DNA of 63,712 nucleotides, filler included, from Octopus bimaculoides (Eukaryota), in NCBI RefSeq assembly GCF_001194135.2. It is 5 parts of 5 records of this genome, joined end to end, with 100 filler letters (N's around TTAATTAATTAA, not from the genome) between each part and the next. Parts side by side here need not be neighbours in the genome. Positions count along the whole stretch, not along the records: positions 1 to 18,529 come from NC_068994.1; 4 more parts are not named here. One strand, 5' to 3'. Under the pieces are notes generated by a model. That model had not been told where the DNA came from. It searched no databases and was given only the letters and a program-made list of their open reading frames with translations. Positions 1 to 13,173 of this stretch are shown one piece after another. The first letter of the stretch is position 1; each line of letters opens with the position of its first letter. The position numbers and the translations under genes were made by a program.

Positions 1-262
1 CCACCACCACCACTAACAACACAGCCACTACTACTATCAACAGTACCATCACCACCACCACCCCCGCCGTCATCATCATCACCTCTGCCGTCATCACTAC
101 TATGGAATTTTCTATATTCCACGTTTTGACAGCTTTCAAGACCAGTCCCAAAGCATTATCCTAGCCACCCACTACAAAAGAAACAACAGCTACAACCCCG
201 CGCACCACCACTACCACCACCACCATCACTACTACTACTACTACTACTACGACTACTACTAC

Positions 263-298
<36 letters not shown>

Positions 299-312
299 TA
301 ATAATAATAATG

Positions 313-349
<37 letters not shown>

Positions 350-408
350 TAATAATAATAATAATAATACTGCTGCTGCAGCTACCCAATTACTACCGTT
401 ACCATTAT

Positions 409-466
<58 letters not shown>

Positions 467-511
467 TCGCTGCTGCTGTTGCTGCTGCCCTACTATCATT
501 ACCATTATCAT

Positions 512-554
<43 letters not shown>

Positions 555-579
555 GCTGCTGCTACTACTACTACTACTG

Positions 580-620
<41 letters not shown>

Positions 621-926
621 GCTGCTGCTGCCACTACTACTACTACTACTGCTACTACTACTACAATACCTACTACTACTACTACTACTACTACTACAAT
701 ACCTACTACTACTATACCTACTGCTACTACTACCACCACAACTACTAATACCTGTACTTTCATAACTACCACCACTACCATCACCACTACCACCACTACT
801 ACTACTACTATTACTACTATACTTACTACTACAACTACCACCACCACCATCACCACCACCACCATTACTACTACTACAACTACCACCACAACTACTAATA
901 CCTGTACTTTCATTACAACCACCACC

Positions 927-972
<46 letters not shown>

Positions 973-1160
973 TGCCTAGAAGTGTCTCTCTCTCTCTCTC
1001 TCTCTGCCCAGCTGTAATGCCATCGGCGTTCACCCACCGCACTGAACAACCGCCACAGCATTTCCACACATCACACAACAACCCTTCACAGTCACAAACT
1101 CCAACCAGGAAAGAAAAAAAAAAACTAACCTTCACTACCAACAACAACAACAACAACATC
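1..1160. repeat. Mosaic trinucleotide microsatellite tract (CTA/CTG/TAA/CCA/CAA) with a short (CT)n
   Basis: Runs are directly visible; the homopolymeric ORFs here derive from them. Confidence 0.95.
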
Positions 1161-1778
1161 GTCACTTCACCAGCAGCAGCATCACCGCTGCAGCTTCTGT
1201 TTGTCATTGTAGCTAAAACCCTGTGCNNNNNNNNNNNNNNNNNNNNNNNNNNNNNNNNNNNNNNNNNNNNNNNNNNNNNNNNNNNNNNNNNNNNNNNNNN
1301 NNNNNNNNNNNNNNNNNNNNNNNNNNNNNNNNNNNNNNNNNNNNNNNNNNNNNNNNNNNNNNNNNNNNNNNNNNNNNNNNNNNNNNNNNNNNNNNNNNNN
1401 NNNNNNNNNNNNNNNNNNNNNNNNNNNNNNNNNNNNNNNNNNNNNNNNNNNNNNNNNNNNNNNNNNNNNNNNNNNNNNNNNNNNNNNNNNNNNNNNNNNN
1501 NNNNNNNNNNNNNNNNNNNNNNNNNNNNNNNNNNNNNNNNNNNNNNNNNNNNNNNNNNNNNNNNNNNNNNNNNNNNNNNNNNNNNNNNNNNNNNNNNNNN
1601 NNNNNNNNNNNNNNNNNNNNNNNNNNNNNNNNNNNNNNNNNNNNNNNNNNNNNNNNNNNNNNNNNNNNNNNNNNNNNNNNNNNNNNNNNNNNNNNNNNNN
1701 NNNNNNNNNNNNNNNNNNNNNNNNNNNNNNNNNNNNNNNNNNNNNNNNNNNNNNNNNNNNNNNNNNNNNNNNNNNNNN

Positions 1779-2090
1779 AATTAACGTGCAAGTGGCTGAG
1801 CACTCCACAGACACGTGTACCCTTAACGTAGTTCTCGGGGATATTCAGCGTGACACAGAGTGTGACAAGGCTGGCCCTTTGAAACACAGGTACAACAGAA
1901 ACAGGAAGTAAGAGTGAGAGAAAGTTGTGGTGGAAGAGTACAGCAGGGTTCGCCACCATACCCTGCCGGAGCCTCGTGGAGCTTTAGGTGTTTTCGCTCA
2001 ATAAACACTGACAACGCCCGGTCTGGAAATCGAAACCGCGATCCTATGACCGCGAGTCCGCTGCCCTAACCACTGGGCCATTGCGCCTCC
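1779..2090 (-). mobile_element. tRNA-derived SINE (tRNA-Arg-like head), well preserved; 3' end lost in a gap
   Basis: Minus strand starts GGAGGCGCAATGGCCCAGTGGTTAGGGCAGCGGACTCGCGGTC...GGTTTCGATTTCC (A/B boxes). The body matches copies at 12.4 kb and 62.5 kb. Confidence 0.8.
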
Positions 2091-2597
2091 ACTAAAAGTA
2101 GGATAGTCAGAACCGAAATGCATGTGGCCATAGGCCCATCGCGGCTGACGTGGGACTAAACGATATCAACCACATCAACGTCAGCTAAACCAATACAGCA
2201 ACAATATCAACAGCAGCATCAACAGTAGCATCTAGCCATGAAGGATTATATACGTGGTCACAAGACTCGCTAAAAATAGCAACCAGATCTCCCTTATATC
2301 ACACCACACCGTCTCATGAAATGAGACATAAGCGAATGTGATCTTGAATTTCCTGGACATGGGGAAAAGATGAAGTAGTCACGGCTGGGGTGTTCTTCAT
2401 CATAGGTTTTTTTTACGATCAGGGCTGGCCTACGACGATACAATTTTTGTGCATCGTCACTTGACCTGCTAGAAAGAGCAACGAGAAAAAGGTCGCTTGA
2501 ATGATGTATGTGGTTCTGGCTTTGCTATATGTAGTTAAAGACAAGATTGTCACAACCAAGTGTATCTTTGATCAAAGGTCTACTGGATCGGAAAGGA

Positions 2598-2750
2598 GGC
2601 TGTGTGGTAACAAGTTTGCTTGCCAACCACATGATACCGTGTTGAGTCCCACTGCGTGGCAGCTTGGGCAAGTGTCTTCTACTATAGCCTCGGGCCGACC
2701 AAAGTCTTGTGAGTGGATTTGGCAGACGGAAACTGGAAGAAGCCCGTCGT
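2598..2750 (+). mobile_element. tRNA/CORE-like SINE, 5' half (family A)
   Basis: GGCTGTGTGGTAA...CCCACTGCGTGGCAGCTTGGGCAAGTGTC...AAGCCCGTCG then (TA)n; many homologous copies in the window. Confidence 0.85.
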
Positions 2751-2751
2751 A

Positions 2752-2793
<42 letters not shown>

Positions 2794-2796
<3 letters not shown>

Positions 2797-2950
2797 GACG
2801 GGCTTCTTTCAGTTTCGCTTACCAAATCCACTCACAACTTTGGTCAACCCGTGGCTATAGTAAAAGACACTTGCCCAAGGCTCCATCAGTGGGACTCAAC
2901 ACGGTATCATGTGGTTGGCAAGCAAACTTGTTACCACACAGCCACACCTG
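2794..2950 (-). mobile_element. Family A SINE, inverted partner of 2598-2750
   Basis: Reverse complement aligns to the preceding copy. Confidence 0.85.
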
Positions 2951-3069
2951 CATCACACTAAGCATATATACTTTCTTTATAAAAGAAAGTAGCATCTATA
3001 GCTTATATATATTTGAGTCTGGCTGCCTTTTCAGTGAGAAACAGTACACTTTCTTTAACATTTAATAGA

Positions 3070-3410
3070 GGTGCAGGCATAGCTGTGTTGTAAGAAGCTG
3101 GCTTTCCAACCACATGGCTTCGAGTTCAGTCCCACTGCGTGACACCTTGGAAAAGTATTTTCTACTTTAGTCTCGGGCCGACTAAAAACTTGTGAGTAGA
3201 TTTGGTAGACGGAATCTGAAAGAAGTCCATCGTGTAAGTGTGTGTGCGTGTGTGTCCACCACCACGCTTGTCAACCTAGTGGTTCGGCAAGAGAGAATAA
3301 GTACCAGGCTTTAAAAAAAATTAATGTACTGAGGTTGGTTCATTCAACTAAATGTTCTTTAAGGCGGTGTTTCAGCATGGCCGTAGTCTAATGACTGAGA
3401 CAAGCAAAAG
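3070..3410 (+). mobile_element. Family A SINE (degenerate; head, GT repeat, 3' tail)
   Basis: Head at 3070-3240; tail motif ...CAGCATGGCCGTAGTCTAATGACTGAGACAAG. Confidence 0.7.
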
Positions 3411-4064
3411 ATATTTGAGTCTGGTTGTCTTTTCAATAAAGACCAGTACAATTTCTTTAAAATTAAATATAGCAGGATTTTGGTTCCTTGCATCTTACAC
3501 CAATAATCTTTTTTACCCTGCACAAAATTGATACAAGTTTTAAATCTAACGCGTTTCTTCTCTTTATCTTTCTGTCTATTCATTACTTAAAGCAGATAGG
3601 TATTCTATATGTCTTGAACAGACAGATATTTCTATAAGTTTTGACTGTTGCCTCATTGGGATAAAAAGAGCGATGGGAGAGAATATTTAACACAACTTTG
3701 TAGAAACACCTAACGGACTCATAATATATAACCTCAATTAATTCATATTTTAGCCTGTGGGCTGGGACAATTTACGGTTTAACCAGATCAATATTGCAGC
3801 AACTCCGAAAGCAACCAGCTTTTTTTGTAGGAACAAAACTAATAAAACAAATTAACTATTCGAATGAAAAAAAAATTAGAAAATGGGACGGGAGAGGTAG
3901 AGCGAGATTGATTCCATACCATGAGGCAATCTATGAGAAAGAGCAGGCAAATTTTCTTCAAATCACACCCTACCATCTTCACTAACACTTATTGAAAAGG
4001 AAAGAAAAGAAAAGAAAAGAAATGAAAAGGAACACAAAGGATAATCTGGTTTTCATATCATGGC

Positions 4065-4250
4065 AGAAAGCCAGCAATTTTAAGGGAAATGGGGTTATTT
4101 GATTACATAGACCCCAGCACTTGGCTGGTACTTATTTTATCGAGTCAGCCACGACTAAATTTGAACTCCGAACGTAAATAGCTAGATGAAATGCCGCTAA
4201 GCATTTCATCCCATGTGCTATCGACTTACCCAGTTCACCGACTTTTCACT
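4065..4250 (-). mobile_element. Family B SINE (Deu/Nin-domain-like), degenerate
   Basis: Reverse-strand similarity to 63178-63395. Confidence 0.55.
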
Positions 4251-4279
4251 CTGGCTAATATAATTCTAGGCAAGGTGAC

Positions 4280-4490
4280 TAGCTGGAAGAATTGTTAGTA
4301 CGCCGGGCAAAATGCTTAGCAGTATTTTGTCCATCTCTATGTTCTGAGTTCAAATTCCGCCGGGGTCGACTTTGCCGGCCATCCTTTCGGAGTCGATAAA
4401 ATAAGTACCAGCTGAACACTGAGGTCAAATGACGTTGAATTAACCCGTTCCCCGAAATTGTTGCCCTTGCACCAAAATTTGAAACAAATA
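4280..4490 (+). mobile_element. Family B SINE (Deu/Nin-domain-like)
   Basis: GCTGGAAGAATTGTTAGTACGCCGGGC...GAGTTCAAATTCC...CATCCTTTCGGAGTCGATAAAATAAGTACCAG. Confidence 0.75.
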
Positions 4491-5139
4491 TAATCCTAGA
4501 TACACTATGTCTGTACAAATCGAAGGAGCAGCCACAGCAAGAACTCCCTTTTAACACAGATTTACTCGACCAGATATTGATCAAGAGCTAGACAACAATT
4601 TCTATATTTAATAAGATGCGAGCTGTATCATGAGAAGTAAATTGATCGGAGATGGTTCGCATTCTAGCGTAACACTTGAAAGGAGATAAAAATACTAAAG
4701 AAGAACATATTGCATGTAGCGGTTGTACTCAATATATTCTGATTCACTCATGCTTTTTCCTTTTCGCATATTTTCTATTTGTATGTCTGTATGAATGAAT
4801 GTATGTACGTATGTATGTATGTATGTATGTATGTATGTATGTATGTATGTGTGTGTGTGCGTGCGTGTGCGTGTATGTGTTTCCTGGTCTGGTTAAATAT
4901 TTTCAAACATGGGTTTGGGGATGGCGGAACAGTTGTTTCTAATTATGTATAGAAGGCAAATATTGCGCAGTCTTTTGCTGAAAAATCTCCAAGAACCCTT
5001 AACATATTCACAAAACTAATCAATTCAGGGCAACCAGGGGTCAACTGATAAATTTCCAAAAAAAAAAAAAAGAAAAAAGGAAGGGGTCAAATATGTGTTT
5101 GGATAATTCAATCAGCCTAATGATGAAAGTGCAACAGCA

Positions 5140-5159
5140 TCATCATCGTCGTCATCGTC

Positions 5160-5214
<55 letters not shown>

Positions 5215-5389
5215 ACAACAACAGCTAAAGCAGCAGCAGTGGTAGTGCTAGTTAGAAAAATCGAAATCAAATATGGTTTTTTTTTTATTCAATTCCTTGA
5301 CCTCGTGATTATCGTCGTCGTCATCACCATAGTCATGATAATGATGATGATGATCATCATCATCATCATTATCATATTCATCGTCGTCG

Positions 5390-5421
<32 letters not shown>

Positions 5422-5502
5422 GTCGTCGTTATCATAACTATTGATATCTTCATTGTGATCGTTGAACATATCTCAACATCATTTTTGCATATTATCATCG
5501 TT

Positions 5503-5562
<60 letters not shown>

Positions 5563-5800
5563 TTCATCATCATCATCATCATCATCACCAGCAACATCAT
5601 GACGACAACTGATGCAATGAGGATAATGATGTTGCTGTTTTGTTATTGTTGTTTTTGTTGTTGATGATGATGATGATGACGACGACGACGACGACGACCA
5701 TCATCATCATCATCATTATCATAATCATATCACCATCATCATTATCATCATCATCATTACCATCATCATCATTATCATCATCAATAACCATCCGTGCAAT
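5140..5800. repeat. Mosaic (CAT)n/(GAT)n/(CGT)n microsatellite tract
   Basis: Directly visible. Confidence 0.95.
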
Positions 5801-6559
5801 GGCGACGCTTTCCCAATTGTGACACAGTATTAGCGTTGTCAGGATTACAACATCTGATGTTAACATCAATTAACATCACAGTTGATACCATAAGTAATAT
5901 AAAAACAAAACCGCACAACATCACAACTAACATTGCAGCTCTCTTCAGCAACAACGCGGAAGCTTCTGCATAGTCTCTCGACCTGCAAGACAGAGATATA
6001 ACCAAATTTCACTCTGGTAATGGATGGAAGCTCTTTGATCATGGAATTCTAGATCTTCCCAGTTTAGGCTGACTTAGGGCTAAAAACCACTACTTACATA
6101 ACCATTGGCTAACAAGACAGAGCCTCAAGATGGACGCGTGGTCGCACATGAAAGTAGTGAATTCTCGTATCTCAAATTAAACCCTCTACCATACTGAAGA
6201 ATATGACCATAGGTAATATAGCCATAGTTAACCCTTAAAAGACGAGAAAGTGATGGTTAGAATGTTTCATTGTAAGTTCTGATTACTCAACAAAAACATC
6301 AACATTGATGTTTTTCTCTCAAAATTCTTTCTCTCTCCCTCGGCACATATGTACAAACACGTGCATATACATACATACATATATATGTGTGTGTGTGTGT
6401 GTGTATATATATGCATATATCTGTCTATATATAGGCATATATGTATGCATGTCTATATCTGTTTATATGTGTATCCATATCTTTATATGTCTATGCTTGT
6501 GCATCTATGCTTGTGCGTCTATGCTTGTGTGTGTGCATGTATTCTTTTCTTTCTTTTAT

Positions 6560-6794
6560 TCTTTTATTTTTCCAGTCTTTTGACTGTGGTCATGCTGGAG
6601 CACTGCCTTTATTCGAGCAAATTGACCCCAGGACTTAATCTGTTGTAAGTCTCATACTTATTCTATGAGTGTCTTTTGCCAAACCGGTAAGTTACAGGGG
6701 TGTAAACACACCAACATCGGTTGTCAAACGATGTTGGTAGGACAAAGACACACAAACATATACATACATGCACACATACATATATGTGTGTGTG

Positions 6795-6838
<44 letters not shown>

Positions 6839-6870
6839 GTAAGCAACTTACCACACATCCACTCCTGCGC
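6560..6870 (-). mobile_element. Family A SINE with internal (GT)n and an internally deleted head
   Basis: The tail module TTTGACTGTGGTCATGCTGGAGCAC...CATCGGTTGTCAAACGATG matches 15395-15590. Confidence 0.75.
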
Positions 6871-7312
6871 CTATTGTCACTCCTATGCCTATGGTCACAC
6901 CTGCGCCTATATGTATATAAATGAATGCAATATATATATGTGTATGTATTTCTGCATCTTGGTACACACACATGCACATGCATACATGTACACACACATC
7001 TGCATATGTCCATATCTCTATATATGATTCATATATGTTTATATACCTACATGTCTATATGCCTACATGTCTATTTTTCACTGACATTTAAATTTCTATT
7101 TGTTTATTTGCATTTATATGCATTTTTCTATATCTATATACGTATATGATTATACTGCTGGGCACCTGTGCATCTTTTTACTTATGTATGCACTTATATA
7201 CACTGATTATATAGACATATGCATGTCTTTTGATATATTCCTTTCTATATGTTAGCATCTATAAGTGTGCATGNNNNNNNNNNNNNNNNNNNNNNNNNNN
7301 NNNNNNNNNNNN

Positions 7313-7410
7313 CTTTCAAATGCTATGCGCGGAGTTTTGTTCAATACTGATGCAGAATTGAGAGCTTGGTTGGATCAATTTTTCGAGTCGAAACCTTTTA
7401 AAAATTCAAA
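7313..7410 (+). mobile_element. Mariner transposase C-terminal fragment
   Basis: LSNAMRGVLFNTDAELRAWLDQFFESKP resembles the mariner C-terminus. Confidence 0.65.
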
Positions 7411-7639
7411 TTTTAAAAAACGGTGGGAACTTAGTTGCCAGTCCAATATATATATAGAGAGAGAAAGAAAGAGAGAGGGAGAAAGAGGAAGAGAGAGAGA
7501 AAGATTGTGCTCGAAAGAAAGTCCTGTCGCAATTTTCAATCCTTAAGGCAAAATAAGTGTTAATTTTTACATTTTGTCTTTTTCTTTCTTTGTAAATTAT
7601 TACATTTCATTGTGGTAAAATTCGTACCTATTTTACCTT

Positions 7640-9110
7640 TTTAAAACGACCCATCTCAAATCCTGCATTTGATATGAATTCAAAAGGAGCTCTTCAGCAA
7701 TAAAAGCGGCAAGAAATATTCGTTTTGTCCATGGAAATGAAGTTTTAAGTACCCTGACATACGAACGTTTATTTGGCTAGTTCGTCCGGGAAATTTTTCT
7801 CTCACGGATCCCAATTAATCTAGACGATCAAGCTTAGTCGATATTGAGCTTCTGAAATCTGCAATTAAAGAAAATCCACAGCAAACTACACAAGAATTAA
7901 CAAAACGGTCTAAATCAAGTCACACGTTTTTCGATAATAAACCAGTTTCATGAAAATGTGTATAAACTTGATCAGTGGATCCCTCGTTATCTGATTATTT
8001 CTCAGCTGAATCAAAGTATTACCGTCTGCTAGCCATTGTAGAATGGACATGCTATCAAACCGCCCCAGAGTAAAATCATTACAAGTGATGAAAAATTAGT
8101 TATCTCTCATAATATCCAGCAAAAGCAACGATGGTTAGCGCACCATGAAAAGGAAGAATCGATCCCTAAATCAGAAATACAGCCCCACAAAATTTGTTCT
8201 GTGTTTGATAGAATATGAAGAGTGTTGTATATCATATAGAGTTAAGTAAAAACGAAACAGTTAATGCGGAGTAATATTGTCATCAGTTAGAAACATACTC
8301 TTTTTTTTTTTGCCTTTTAATTGTTTCAGTCATTTGACTGCGGCCATGCTGGGGCACCGCCTTGAAGGGTATTTTTGTCGAACAAATAGATTCTGGGACT
8401 TATTTTCTGCTTGAAACTTAGTACTTATTTTATCGGTCTTTTAACCGCTAAGTTACGGGGACACCAATACCGGTTGTCAAGTGGTGGTGGTGGTGGTGGT
8501 GGTGGGAGACAAACACAGACACAGAGACACATACACATAGATATATACATAAAACCTTCCCATAACCACTCACATACACACACATATGTATATACGGCAG
8601 GCTTTTTTCTGTTTCCGTCTACCAAATCAACTCCAAAAGATTTGGTCGGCCCAGGGATATAGTAGAAGATATCTGCTCAAGATGCCACGCAGTGGGACTG
8701 GACCCTGAATCATGTGGTTGGGAAGCAAGCTTCTTACTACACACCCACACCTGCACAAAAGTCTTTTAGAGAAAGCGCCCGTCATTAGTCAGTCTTGAAA
8801 GGTGGTTGCGCTTACACGATAATACAAAAGGGAATATCGCCCAAGTCACTTAAGAAAAGGTTATGGTATCAAATATGAGAAAACTGCCCCATCCTGCTTA
8901 CTCACCTTGCTTAGTTCCATCGGATTTTAGCTCAATGCATCATTTTTAAGAAACAAAAGAATTCATTAACTGCGAAACAGTTAAAAATGATATCGATTGT
9001 TCCTTTTCTCCAAAAACTAGAAGTATTTTACGCCTGAGGGATCATCAATTTGCCAAATAGATGGACTTATGTTGTCAATAATAAGGGGGCGTTTAATTTT
9101 ATTAGGTTAA
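7640..9110 (+). mobile_element. Degenerate mariner (DD34D) transposon, interrupted by a SINE
   Basis: Frameshifted motifs in order: YEFKRSSSAIKAARNI, ENPQQTTQEL, IITSDEK; after the SINE, HDN and LPHPAYSPCLVPSDF. Confidence 0.8.
8297..8755 (-). mobile_element. Family A SINE nested in the mariner
   Basis: Tail module at 8300-8490, GGT/CA microsatellite, head module at 8590-8755. Confidence 0.8.
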
Positions 9111-10948
9111 TAATAAATATATCAATTAAAACTCAGGAAGCATTCGTTTCTTCCCCATTTTGCAATACGAGAGGACTTTCTTTCCAACAACAAACACGGA
9201 CCCACACGCTCACACATGCATGTTAATGTGTTTATGTATATATATGTGTGTGTGTGTTCTTGTGCATATATGTGTGTGTGTGTGTGTTGGTGCATATGTG
9301 TGTGTATGTGTTGGTTTATATAAATGCGTGTGTGTTTCATATGTTTATAATTTTGTTTTTGTGTTTGTATATGACTGCGTGCATGTATATATTTGCCTGT
9401 TTGCATAATCGTATATAAAGAAACATACGTATAAATAAGTATATATTATATACACACAAATACCTACATATCATATATACATACAAGCACGTTCGTACGT
9501 AAATACATATAAGCATGCGTACATACATAGATACACACATACATACATTCATAGATATATACATACATACACACTCATGTATGTGTGTGGGCCTGCCTGT
9601 CTGTATGTATATATGCATATGTATATGTATATCCATCCACGTACGTCTACATGTATATTATGTATGTATACATGAATATGCGGGCATATATATGTGCTTG
9701 TGTGCACGCATGAGTGTGTGTGTGTGTGTGTTTGAGTTTGTGTGCATACACCACCAAGTACCATTAGTTCAGGAGGTGGAATGTTGTTTTGACGATCTTA
9801 TAAGCCGATAGGTATTTTCATGTGTGTGTGTGTGTGACATATATATGCATATATAAACGCATGTACATATATGTATGTATATATGTGTATGTAATATAGG
9901 AATATATATCTATATACGTATGTATATATATGCATATANNNNNNNNNNNNNNNNNNNNNNNNNNNNNNNNNNNNNNNNNNNNNNNNNNNNNNNNNNNNNN
10001 NNNNNNNNNNNNNNNNNNNNNNNNNNNNNNNNNNNNNNNNNNNNNNNNNNNNNNNNNNNNNNNNNNNNNNNNNNNNNNNNNNNNNNNNNNNNNNNNNNNN
10101 NNNNNNNNNNNNNNNNNNNNNNNNNNNNNNNNNNNNNNNNNNNNNNNNNNNNNNNNNNNNNNNNNNNNNNNNNNNNNNNNNNNNNNNNNNNNNNNNNNNN
10201 NNNNNNNNNNNNNNNNNNNNNNNNNNNNNNNNNNNNNNNNNNNNNNNNNNNNNNNATATATATATATATATATATATAGACATATATATAGGTGTGTATC
10301 TGTGTAGTATGCATGTATGTATCTGTTTGCTTATGCGCATGTTTGTGTAGAGGGCATGGTGTCTGCATATGAGCGTGTGTTTAAAGAAGATTAAACTCGG
10401 TCCACGGAAGATTAGTTCCATTACAGATTGTAATACAAATGACAAGCAAGATTAATCGAAAACAACTCCAAAAATCAACGACAAAAACATATAAGCGTAA
10501 ACCTTCTAGAAACCATTGCAAAGACGAAACCACGCATGCGCACATCTACACATATATGCTCATATTTGTTGGCATGTAAAAGGAACATACGCATACACAC
10601 ACGTATACGTATATGCTGATATATATTATTAACACGCAATCACATTCTTTCACGCACGCGTACGCATTCGCAAATGGAGGCTGAAATGGAGAAACGGAAA
10701 ATAAGAAACTTGCTAGAAAAAGCTAAAGAATTATGTACCAAAGTCGAGCAGTGGCTATATCATAGGAATATCTTTGGCAGATCAGAAAGTAGAGTAAGTT
10801 TTAAAGACAACTTACTTCAATAGAAGCAGTGTAGTTAGCAATAGTTGCTTTGAGGAAAAGAGAAGGAAAATGAAAATGGAAAAATGTATAAAAGGCAAGA
10901 AAAAAAGAAGCGAAGAACGAGAAGTTATGGTAGCAAATATAGAATCGA

Positions 10949-10995
<47 letters not shown>

Positions 10996-11045
10996 AATAG
11001 CAGTGGAAAAGCGAAAGCAATCAAGGAATTAAAGAAAACTAAAAC

Positions 11046-11092
<47 letters not shown>

Positions 11093-12304
11093 AATAATAA
11101 TAATAATAATAATAATAAAGGAACAGCTAAAGAGCACAAGAAGTAGTAGTCAAAACAAAGGCAAAGCTTGTAGAAAAGGTCAGTTAAGAAAAGACAAACA
11201 AAGAATGTGATGACTTGAAAGTGAAAGTGAAACGAGAGATTTTTTTTACCTTAGAGATTAGATGAGGGTGGGAGTCAAGATGCGAATTATTGGAGGATCA
11301 GTGACGTGAAGGGGTTGAAGGGGAAAAAAAATATCAAAGGATGAAATTATAAAGGTTAGAAGAACAAAAAAGGGGGGGGGGNNNNNNNNNNNNNNNNNNN
11401 NNNNNNNNNNNNNNNNNNNNNNNNNNNNNNNNNNNNNNNNNNNNNNNNNNNNNNNNNNNNNNNNNNNNNNNNNNNNNNNNNNNNNNNNNNNNNNNNNNNN
11501 NNNNNNNNNNNNNNNNNNNNNNNNNNNNNNNNNNNNNNNNNNNNNNNNNNNNNNNNNNNNNNNNNNNNNNNNNNNNNNNNNNNNNNNNNNNNNNNNNNNN
11601 NNNNNNNNNNNNNNNNNNNNNNNNNNNNNNNNNNNNNNNNNNNNNNNNNNNNNNNNNNNNNNNNNNNNNNNNNNNNNNNNNNNNNNNNNNNNNNNNNNNN
11701 NNNNNNNNNNNNNNNNNNNNNNNNNNNNNNNNNNNNNNNNNNNNNNNNNNNNNNNNNNNNNNNNNNNNNNNNNNNNNNNNNNNNNNNNNNNNNNNNNNNN
11801 NNNNNNNNNNNNNNNNNNNNNNNNNNNNNNNNNNNNNNNNNNNNNNNNNNNNNNNNNNNNNNNNNNNNNNNNNNNNNNNNNNNNNNNNNNNNNNNNNNNN
11901 NNNNNNNNNNNNNNNNNNNNNNNNNNNNNNNNNNNNNNNNNNNNNNNNNNNNNNNNNNNNNNNNNNNNNNNNNNNNNNNNNNNNNNNNNNNNNNNNNNNN
12001 NNNNNNNNNNNNNNNNNNNNNNNNNNNNNNNNNNNNNNNNNNNNNNNNNNNNNNNNNNNNNNNNNNNNNNNNNNNNNNNNNNNNNNNNNNNNNNNNNNNN
12101 NNNNNNNNNNNNNNNNNNNNNNNNNNNNNNNNNNNNNNNNNNNNNNNNNNNNNNNNNNNNNNNNNNNNNNNNNNNNNNNNNNNNNNNNNNNNNNNGGAAA
12201 TGGATGCTTCACGATCAGTTAAATGATAAATAATAAATGTTATATATAATGTATGTATTTATATATATACATGCATATATGGCTACAAGACATACATACA
12301 TACA

Positions 12305-12337
<33 letters not shown>

Positions 12338-12357
12338 GTATGTATTGTGTATGCGTG

Positions 12358-12680
12358 TGCAGGCACGTGATTTAGTGATTAGAGTATTCGGCTCACGGTC
12401 GTAAGGTCATGAGTTCAATTCCCAGTGACGCATTGTGTCCTTGAGCAAGACACTTTATTTCACATTGCTCCAGTCCACTCAGCTGGCAAAAATGAGTAGT
12501 GCCTGTATTTCAATGGGCCAGCCTTGTCACACTCTGTATCACACTGAATCTCCCTGAGAACTACGTAAAGGAGTATGTGTGTCTGTGGAGGGCAGAGCCA
12601 CTTGCAGCCAAATTTCATGAACCAGCTGTTTTATTGATCGGATCAACTGGAACCCTCGTCGTCGTAACCGACGGAGTGCC
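12358..12680 (+). mobile_element. tRNA-derived SINE related to 1779-2090
   Basis: GAGTTCAATTCCC B box; TTGTGTCCTTGAGCAAGACACTT core; shared CCAGCCTTGTCACACTCTG body; ends GTCGTAACCGACGGAGTGCC. Confidence 0.8.
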
Positions 12681-12872
12681 AGTAATGCGTATGTGAGTGT
12701 GCATGTATGTATGATAGTATGTAAACATGAATACATGAATGTATGAATCCATACACACACACACACTCTTCTACACTTAGACACACACACTCGCGCATGC
12801 GTATTTTTCCTCTTCTATTTCAGTTAAGCCTTAGTATGAATAGGATTTTTTCCGCTATGACGAAAACATTTC

Positions 12873-12925
<53 letters not shown>

Positions 12926-13081
12926 ACACACACACATGCATATGATACTAAAGAGAGCCCATGTCTTTTGCAGGTGCAACCATAAGCATATATGCGTGTG
13001 TGTGCGTGTGTGTGCGTGTCTATGTCTGTGTGTGTATGTAAATATGTATGTATATGTAAGTATATATGTATATGTATATGT

Positions 13082-13173
<92 letters not shown>

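Noticed and set aside
156-1207. Long ORFs (up to 348 aa) with poly-V/L/S/Y/I runs; similar ORFs at 5.2-6.0 kb and 17.0-18.1 kb
   Set aside because: They are translations of trinucleotide microsatellites that lack stops by chance. There is no domain content or splice support.
2015-2090. tRNA-like sequence with A/B boxes
   Set aside because: It runs straight into a SINE body and lacks a proper acceptor stem, so it is a SINE head rather than a tRNA gene.
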